Positions 22,449 through 28,754 of a stretch of 64,000 nt of DNA are shown here, piece by piece. Both the position numbers and the translations under genes were made by a program. Position 1 is the stretch's first letter. Every line of letters begins with the position of its first letter. The notes under the pieces are model-generated. The model saw only the letters and a list, made by a program, of their open reading frames with translations. It did no database searches and was not told where the DNA came from. Origin of the DNA: a virus (Duplodnaviria; Caudoviricetes); IMG/VR virus record IMGVR_UViG_3300033463_000020. One strand, given 5' to 3'.

Positions 22449-23753
22449 ATGAGTAATTTAATTTATGGGGTAACTGAGAGGCCCCGCAAGTTATCTGAGT
22501 GGATCGGATATATCGCGCAGTACTTTTTCTGTGTTTTACCGGCAACTATGCTGATCTCACGCATCTGCGGGACCAGTATTGCAGCCGGACTGGTGTCGGC
22601 AGGTCTGGGTACACTAACCTTCCTTGCCATCACAAAAATGCGCTGTGCGATGGTAACCAGTAATTCAGGCGCAACCGTTAGCGCGATCGTTGGTACAATG
22701 GCCTTGAGCAAAACCGTAGAAGCGGGTATGACAGGGGTCGTTGTGGGCGGCTCCATTATGATGCTCGTTTATATGATCGCGGCTATTCTGGTCAGAAAAT
22801 TCGGCACCAATTGGCTTAACAAGTTAATGCCTCCCGTAGTGTCGGGATCTACCATTATTGTAATTGGTGCGTCGCTTACTCTCTTTATTCCCGCATATGC
22901 GCAGGTCAACGGTCAGTTCTCTTATTGGGGCGTGGCTGTCTGCCTGTGTACCATGGCGGTCGCAGCCTTGGTCGGTCATTATGCTAAAGGAATTTGGAAA
23001 ACACTGCCCTTCTTGGCAGCGATCATTGTCGGTGACGTCCTGGCCATTGTTATTACGCTGTGCGGACTGGCTCCGCTGGTTGATTTTGCTGCGATGGTTC
23101 CCCATTCGGTCCTGTCGCTTCCCGAGCTCGCTTTCCTCCATCTAGATTTTGTAAACTTTGAGTGGTCGACGCTGCCCCAGATCTTACTGATGTTTGGGTT
23201 GGTGGCGCTATCGGCAATGACAGAGCACGTGGCTGATGTCACCACCGCCGGCAAAATTGCGGAACAAAATTATCTGCAGGATCCCGGGTTGCATCGAACG
23301 TTACTTGGTGACGGAGTGAGTTCGTTTGTGGGCTCCCTGACGGGCACACAGATGACCACTACTTATAGTGAGTACACGGGCACAATGGCCGTAAGTCGTG
23401 TGGCAAGTGCCTGGGTGACCCTGGGAACGGCTGTGGCATTAATTGTGTTTGCTTTTATCACACCGTTTACAAATTTCCTGGCGTCATTGCCCAACTGTAT
23501 TATTGCTGGAATTAGTATTTTAGCATACGGTGCTATTGCTAATACCGGGGTGCGAACATTGATCGATGCAAAGGTGAATTTTACACAGAATCGTAACTTG
23601 TTTATTTTTGCAGCCATGTTCTCCGCGGGTATTAGTGGCTTGGCCATTCCTATTACTGAAAATTTTGCAATTAGCGGCATTGTATTTGCAATGATCGTCG
23701 GTATTGTCTTAAATCTCATTTTACGAGAGCGGAAGGGTGACAGTAAAGAATGA
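22449..23753 (+). CDS. NCS2-family nucleobase permease (UraA/PyrP-like)
   Basis: Many TM segments; PPVVSG, EHVAD, DPGLHRTLLGDG, TTYSE..G...VSRVAS. Confidence 0.9.
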   Translation: MSNLIYGVTERPRKLSEWIGYIAQYFFCVLPATMLISRICGTSIAAGLVSAGLGTLTFLAITKMRCAMVTSNSGATVSAIVGTMALSKTVEAGMTGVVVGGSIMMLVYMIAAILVRKFGTNWLNKLMPPVVSGSTIIVIGASLTLFIPAYAQVNGQFSYWGVAVCLCTMAVAALVGHYAKGIWKTLPFLAAIIVGDVLAIVITLCGLAPLVDFAAMVPHSVLSLPELAFLHLDFVNFEWSTLPQILLMFGLVALSAMTEHVADVTTAGKIAEQNYLQDPGLHRTLLGDGVSSFVGSLTGTQMTTTYSEYTGTMAVSRVASAWVTLGTAVALIVFAFITPFTNFLASLPNCIIAGISILAYGAIANTGVRTLIDAKVNFTQNRNLFIFAAMFSAGISGLAIPITENFAISGIVFAMIVGIVLNLILRERKGDSKE

Positions 23754-24037
23754 ATGAGCCCAACACGCGAGAAGTGATTGGCGGCGCAACGCGGGCGGTT
23801 CGAGAATATTATGTCAATATGTATCCTCGGACCACCGCTATTTTACCGGATATTGACGTAACACTGATTTCATGCACCCAAATCCAGGGAGCCTGGTCAT
23901 TATTATTTGAGGTTTCTATGCCGGTAAGTGCTTTGTGCCGAGTTGAGGCTACATATATTCGAGAAGCATATTGTTATGAGATCACGGAGTTTTTGAAAAC
24001 TAATTCCGCATCTATAGTTCCGCATATTCCTAGTTGA
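23750..24037 (+). CDS. Hypothetical protein
   Basis: ATGA overlap with the permease stop. Confidence 0.55.
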   Translation: MNEPNTREVIGGATRAVREYYVNMYPRTTAILPDIDVTLISCTQIQGAWSLLFEVSMPVSALCRVEATYIREAYCYEITEFLKTNSASIVPHIPS

Positions 24038-24062
24038 TAATTGTAGCACACCCCAATATAGT
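24034..24062 (+). promoter_or_regulatory. sigma70-type promoter with CCCAA extension (variant)
   Basis: TTGATA-17bp-TATAGT. Confidence 0.65.
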
Positions 24063-24095
24063 AAGTATAATGTTTGAGGAAGGAACAAGATTTTT

Positions 24096-24563
24096 ATGAA
24101 AAATCCAGCTGTGAACCAGCAGTACTTTTCTGCTGAGAGAGTAAAATCTGGCGCCATGTCTGCTTTTATTCAAACCCTATTAACATTCGCATATGATACG
24201 GATGACAAGGATACTGCTACATATAACGATGTGCATGTGTATCCCGCGGATTGCGGCGCATTTATGGTTGAATGGGCACAGGAGCCCTGGAGCCGTGAAT
24301 ACGGTGGTAGTTTCCAGTACGTTGACGAGGATCAGGTTGTCGTACTAGAACGGGCATTTCCTGATGGGACATATGAGTATTTTGCGTCAGAAGAAGAGTT
24401 CACTACAGCTCTCAATGATTGGCTCGTGGAGCATCCGGAGTATCATCGCAATCAATGGGGCATGTGGACCACGAGCAGTGACGCATCTGATGAGGATACT
24501 GAGGATGATGAGGACGACGAACCCGATGAGGAGTCTTCAGAGGAGCAGCACATAGACGAATGA
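24096..24563 (+). CDS. Acidic hypothetical protein
   Basis: RBS present; very D/E-rich C-terminal tail. Confidence 0.65.
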   Translation: MKNPAVNQQYFSAERVKSGAMSAFIQTLLTFAYDTDDKDTATYNDVHVYPADCGAFMVEWAQEPWSREYGGSFQYVDEDQVVVLERAFPDGTYEYFASEEEFTTALNDWLVEHPEYHRNQWGMWTTSSDASDEDTEDDEDDEPDEESSEEQHIDE

Positions 24564-25114
24564 GTCGTAAGAGATTTAGTGACTGGGACGATTACGATGA
24601 GTTCGAGGACACAGGCGGATACACTAAACTGTCCAAAAGCGATAAGCGTCGTCAGCATGAATTAGAAAATGTACGGCGTCCTAAGCGCGGTCATCGGCAC
24701 AGTCCCACTTTAGATTGGGAGATCCTCGATGATCCTATTCCGGAACCGATAGAGTCGCCTGTAACGCCAGTAGAGTCGCCCGCAGAACCGCCCCCGTCTG
24801 TTACGCCTCCCGCCGTAGTGTTTGACCCCGATGCTACCACATTTGGTACGCCTAAGGGATTAACTGACATGAATACCCGGGTGGTGAAGGGGAATGAAAT
24901 CAACTATGATCGCGTGGTAGACATGTGCAAAGTCGAAAACGACCACAACGGTCGTTTGACCTATGGAATTAAGTTCACATTCTTTGGGACTACCGCGCAA
25001 CGAGAGTTATCACGTATTGCTTGGTTCAACATTAACCAAGCTGAGCGTGACCGTTTATATACTCAAGAACGCAAATTTTGGCAGTCTCTTCAGGGAGATA
25101 GAAAGGATAGTTAA
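24560..25114 (+). CDS. Hypothetical protein
   Basis: Overlaps both neighbours (ATGA and TAATG); Pro-rich linker. Confidence 0.6.
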   Translation: MSRKRFSDWDDYDEFEDTGGYTKLSKSDKRRQHELENVRRPKRGHRHSPTLDWEILDDPIPEPIESPVTPVESPAEPPPSVTPPAVVFDPDATTFGTPKGLTDMNTRVVKGNEINYDRVVDMCKVENDHNGRLTYGIKFTFFGTTAQRELSRIAWFNINQAERDRLYTQERKFWQSLQGDRKDS

Positions 25115-25773
25115 TGAAGAACCGTATGTGTACTGGTACCGAGGTAGCTGTAGTGGGGCTTTCCGACGTATTGTCTGAGCTGCCCCTGGCCGAAATGGCG
25201 GCCCTGCCGGCGCCGAGCACGCTAATGTATTACCTTGATCGCAACGATCGGATGTTGTGGCTCGAAGGCGACGTTGACGAGGACGTTTTGAGCCTCGAAA
25301 AGCAGATCTTATATTTTAATCGGTGCGATGCCGGGATCCCCCCCGCAGAACGCAAGCCTATCAAACTGCTGATCTATAGCTATGGCGGAGATGGGGTGGC
25401 TAGCTTCAGCTTAATCGACGTGATTTTGAATAGCCAGACGCCCATTTACACCATTAATATGGGTGTGGCTATGAGTGCGGCGTTGGTCATTCTGTTGGCC
25501 GGGCACAAGCGCTATTGTTTGCCTCGGTCTGTTGCATTGATCCACTCTGGTTCGGGTGGTACCAATGGAACCTATGAGCAGAACGAGGCTCAGATGAAAG
25601 ACTACCAGCACTTCGTAGGTGTAATGCGCGATTTCATTCTAGAACGCACCTCTATTACCGCCAAGACCTTCAATAAACAGAAGGGCAAGGAATGGTATCT
25701 TTATGCCGCAGATCAGGTATCACACCACGTCGTAGACGCTGTGATTAATAGTCTAGACGAAATTAACCCCTGA
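25114..25773 (+). CDS. clpP: ClpP-like serine protease subunit
   Basis: PIKLLIYSYGG, catalytic AMSAA, LIHS, WYL.A. Confidence 0.88.
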   Translation: MKNRMCTGTEVAVVGLSDVLSELPLAEMAALPAPSTLMYYLDRNDRMLWLEGDVDEDVLSLEKQILYFNRCDAGIPPAERKPIKLLIYSYGGDGVASFSLIDVILNSQTPIYTINMGVAMSAALVILLAGHKRYCLPRSVALIHSGSGGTNGTYEQNEAQMKDYQHFVGVMRDFILERTSITAKTFNKQKGKEWYLYAADQVSHHVVDAVINSLDEINP

Positions 25774-25779
25774 TTTAAG

Positions 25780-25808
25780 TGGACAAATGAAATCCACCCC
25801 AATATAAT
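25780..25808 (+). promoter_or_regulatory. sigma70-type promoter with CCCAA extension, upstream of the tRNA island
   Basis: TGGACA-17bp-TATAAT. Confidence 0.75.
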
Positions 25809-25863
25809 GGGGATGTCAGCCGGGGCGCGGCCAGTTGAGCCAGATTCTAACGCCCCGGCGTAT

Positions 25864-25940
25864 GGGACGGTAGCCCAACGGCAGCAGGCAGCAGACTCAA
25901 AATCTGCCAAGTGAGGGTTCGAATCCCTCTCGTCCCACCA
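25864..25940 (+). tRNA. tRNA with CAA (Leu) anticodon but short variable loop
   Basis: GGGACGG/TCGTCCC-A-CCA acceptor; GCAGA-CTCAAAA-TCTGC anticodon arm; TTCGAAT T-loop; 5-nt variable region. Confidence 0.88.
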
Positions 25941-25954
25941 ATTGCTCTGTGATC

Positions 25955-26128
25955 TTTGCGGATTAGGAGACGCGTCGGAAGCGCAAACTTCGTGGATGCG
26001 GGTGCCAGTCTATGAAGGCTCGCAGGTGAAGTCGCCCTCGGGCGATAAGGCCGTCCCTTGTTGCAGGACGGGGAGCGTATAAAGGGCAAATCTGGCAACG
26101 GCCGGTACCTGAGACCACGAATCCGGCC
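25955..26128 (+). ncRNA. Candidate pseudoknotted structured RNA of unknown class
   Basis: At least 7 short complementary helices, two of them crossing; no + strand ORF. Confidence 0.5.
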
Positions 26129-26138
26129 ATCTGAATAA

Positions 26139-26213
26139 TGGGGTGTAGTATAAAGGTCAGTACAACGGTCTCTAAAACCGAGAATCTCAGTTCGAGTCTG
26201 AGCGCCCCCGCCA
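26139..26213 (+). tRNA. Amber suppressor tRNA (anticodon CUA), probably Gln-charged
   Basis: CGGT-CTCTAAA-ACCG arm with CTA at 26172-26174; CTCAG-TTCGAGT-CTGAG T arm; G2:C71, G3:C70, G73, unpaired 1:72, encoded CCA. Confidence 0.93.
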
Positions 26214-26219
26214 TTACAC

Positions 26220-26286
26220 GGGGGCGTAGCCGGATGGCTAGGCGGTGGTTATTCCACTAAGGCAAGGTCCCTCCTTGCCGCCCCCT
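26220..26286 (+). ncRNA. Degenerate tRNA-like element
   Basis: 7-bp acceptor GGGGGCG/CGCCCCC plus D and T stems, but 5-nt anticodon loop, aberrant T loop and no CCA. Confidence 0.6.
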
Positions 26287-26294
26287 CAACACTT

Positions 26295-26369
26295 AGGGAT
26301 GTAGCCAAGTGGTAAGGCAATGGACTTTGACTCCATCACTCGTAGGTCCGAATCCTGCCATCCCTGCCA
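26295..26369 (+). tRNA. tRNA-Gln(UUG)
   Basis: ATGGA-CTTTGAC-TCCAT arm, G73, CCA. Confidence 0.93.
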
Positions 26370-26409
26370 ATATGTTCGCTTTGCGCGAACGATTCTTTAG
26401 GAGGTAAGC

Positions 26410-26610
26410 ATGAAGAAGTTTATTGCACTTGGCCTAGCCCTTCTTTGCATACTGGTTTGTGTGATCGGATGCGATAAGAAGAAGGGAGAAGAGGAGACCA
26501 CCGTCGAAGAGACTGAAGAGATCGTGGAAACCACGGAGGCTCCTGAGACAAACGAGGATACCACCGAAGTTGTCGAGCCCGTTACCGAGATAGAAACGAC
26601 GGCTGTTTAA
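26410..26610 (+). CDS. Small acidic lipoprotein
   Basis: RBS GGAGG; MKK + hydrophobic stretch + VIGC lipobox; E/T-rich tail. Confidence 0.75.
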   Translation: MKKFIALGLALLCILVCVIGCDKKKGEEETTVEETEEIVETTEAPETNEDTTEVVEPVTEIETTAV

Positions 26611-26624
26611 GTAATATTATACCC

Positions 26625-26987
26625 ATGGTAATCTGCGGAAAGCCCATGAAAGACAGAGATTTGCGGATCTGTGGGCGATCGGATGAGTCTGAAGCCCTTA
26701 ATGCGAAAGGTACAGTATTAACTTTTATCTAGAGACGATGGCCGGATGCGGCCGCGCACTGGACGGATGGTAACTGTTACTGGTTTGCGCAGATATTGAT
26801 TATGCGTTTTCCTTGGCTGTAGTTATATTACATGCCGACGATTGGACATTTCGTTGCTGGTGCGCCGCCGTAGTATTATGATGCTAATGGTTTAAACACC
26901 GAAAATGATGAACACATTCTATTCAGTACGTTGGCGCGGCAAGATCCGGCCTGGGCTGATCGAATTCTACGAGATTGTAGAGACTAA
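26625..26987 (+). CDS. Hypothetical phage protein hidden by 3 in-frame TAG
   Basis: Open under code 15; GNCYWFA.IL..RF...GHFV motif. Start uncertain (26625 or 26646). Confidence 0.65.
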
Positions 26988-27174
26988 TATTTGCCAGTTC
27001 GCAAGCTGCACTCTTGCGTGAGGCCCGTGCAGGGGCCAAAAGGTGAGCAACTACCCTAAAGAGAGCGCCGGACATCTCGCCCGTTGAGGAGAAAAGAATG
27101 GGTCAAATACTCCTATCCCATCACCAGCACGCAAGGGCATGCGGAAGAGTCAGGTTAAAGTTGGAGTCTTTTAT

Positions 27175-27261
27175 GCCAGTGTGGCGGAATCGGCAGACGC
27201 AACGGACTTAAAATCCGTTGTCCGCAAGGGCGTATGGGTTCAAGTCCCATCACTGGTACCA
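27175..27261 (+). tRNA. tRNA-Leu(UAA)
   Basis: Class II cloverleaf, ACGGA-CTTAAAA-TCCGT, A73, CCA. Confidence 0.95.
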
Positions 27262-27272
27262 GCGCCTCATAT

Positions 27273-27388
27273 GGGGAAGTATGTTGGAAGCCAAAGAAGG
27301 AATGATGACAACATTTCATAGATACGGCTCATTAGCAAACGGTTAGTTCGTCACTAAAGTCGAGGGTGCAAATCCCTTCTCTCCACCA
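27273..27388 (+). ncRNA. tRNA-like element (acceptor + T arm, atypical interior)
   Basis: 5' GGGGAAG pairs with 3' CTCTCC-A-CCA; GAGGG-TGCAAAT-CCCTT T arm. Confidence 0.5.
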
Positions 27389-27395
27389 ATATTTT

Positions 27396-27486
27396 GCAGG
27401 GATACCCAAGCGGCCGAAGGGGGCTGCCTACTAAGCAGCTAGGCTTGGCAACGAGTGCCTGGGTTCGAATCCCAGTCCCTGCGCCA
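27396..27486 (+). tRNA. tRNA-Ser with rare ACU anticodon
   Basis: GCTGC-CTACTAA-GCAGC arm, long variable arm, G73, CCA. Confidence 0.88.
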
Positions 27487-27946
27487 ATTAGGGAGATTCC
27501 TTCCGCAGTCGGATCAACTCCCTCCGGGTGATGCCGGGCAAAACAAATGGATCGACGGGGCGTATTCAGGCAGGGCCGATGACCACAGCATTAACCCTCC
27601 AGTTCATGAACGGGTTGGCAAACCTCTCGCGAGAGGAAGCTTCCATCAAAATGCCCTTGCTCGGGTCTGAAGCATTGAGAAGACCATATGATGCTCAGGA
27701 TGAAACGCTTGGTGGTGAGAGCGGCTGACCCGAGAATTATTGGGGCGACAAAATCCGGGAGATGTACCGACATCTGTGCTCGAGGGCTGAGGCAACGAGT
27801 GAAAACAAAGACCCCAGAAAAGTTTTCGGAAATAACTATAAACCGACATAGAGTTCAAGGGTTGGCGGTCTGTGCCCCTCGGTTGCAAGCGGGAGACGAG
27901 AAGGACCACGCATGGAAATGAACGGCAGTGCGAAAAACCGCCATTT

Positions 27947-28023
27947 GGCTCATTAGCTCAGTTGGTCAGAGCGAGTGACTGTTAATCATTAGGTCATAGG
28001 TTCAAGTCCTATATGAGCCTCCA
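27947..28023 (+). tRNA. tRNA-Asn(GUU)
   Basis: AGTGA-CTGTTAA-TCATT arm, CCA; atypical U73. Confidence 0.9.
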
Positions 28024-28026
28024 CAT

Positions 28027-28123
28027 ATCCACCTAGCTCAACACGGTAGAGCCTGTTGCTTTCGGAGCGGTATATGCAACATAAACGCGCTCGATGCGGG
28101 TTCGAATCCCGCGGTGGGTACCA
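28027..28123 (+). ncRNA. tRNA-like element with expanded anticodon arm
   Basis: Canonical acceptor, D arm, GCGGG-TTCGAAT-CCCGC T arm and CCA, but stem TGTTGC/GCAACA closes a 16-nt loop. Confidence 0.7.
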
Positions 28124-28490
28124 AAAGACGGGTGTAGACACCCGCGAACAGTAATTGTTCTATACTGTTTAGCCGATGACGGAAGTTGTTTGGTTAGGGA
28201 AGCGACTTTCAGAGGGCCTATTACAATGGTTAGCGCTGATCCAATGCCTGACTAGGTAAGTGAGCACTTACCGAAAGAAAAGCGTAACTCTCGACCAAAT
28301 AATCGGGGTGCAGATGCACTTCTTACCAGCCCGCCCGGTGGCGCGAGAGTTCATTTTTAGACAAAAAAACTTAAGGTGCTACGGACCTCTCCCCACTAGG
28401 CCTTGGACTTGGACGAACTGGCGATGGGTAGAGCTTAGCGTAACGGCCGGGCAGTAGTTAAATGGAGTTCGATGAACAGCCTTAAGATAC

Positions 28491-28669
28491 AATACAGTGG
28501 CGGAATAGGTAGACGCTTAAAGAGTTGGTTGAGAGGTTCGAGTCCTTAACAAGCCTCATAGGTATAGGGTGTATACAACGTGAGATACACTCAATGGGGC
28601 AGTGCAATCGGAGCGCACCATTTAAAGGTCGTAACTTCTCATATAAGGTGCAAATCCTTATCTGTATTA
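28491..28669 (+). ncRNA. tRNA-like element with ~120-nt insert
   Basis: AATACAG/CTGTATT-A acceptor, Leu-type D arm (TGGCGGAATAGGTAGACGC) and T arm ATAAGGTGCAAATCCTTAT flank a long insert. Confidence 0.65.
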
Positions 28670-28677
28670 AATTATAA

Positions 28678-28754
28678 TGGGGTGTCGCCTAACGGTATGG
28701 CGCTTGATTTGGGATCAAGAACCAAAGCAGGTCCGACTCCTGTTACCCCAACCA
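28678..28754 (+). tRNA. tRNA-Pro(UGG)
   Basis: CTTGA-TTTGGGA-TCAAG arm; acceptor TGGGGTG/TACCCCA; CCA. Confidence 0.85.

Noticed and set aside
26020-26130. RNase P RNA (AGGTGAAGTC... and ...GAATCCGGC resemble P4 strands)
   Set aside because: The two segments do not form the P4 helix, and the element is too short.
26139-26213. Pyrrolysine tRNA (also CUA)
   Set aside because: Standard cloverleaf with Gln-type determinants, no pyl genes, and TAG aligns with Gln.
28238-28280. Hammerhead ribozyme core (CTGACTA-stem-GAAA)
   Set aside because: Lacks the conserved CUGAnGA (G8) and clear stems I/III.
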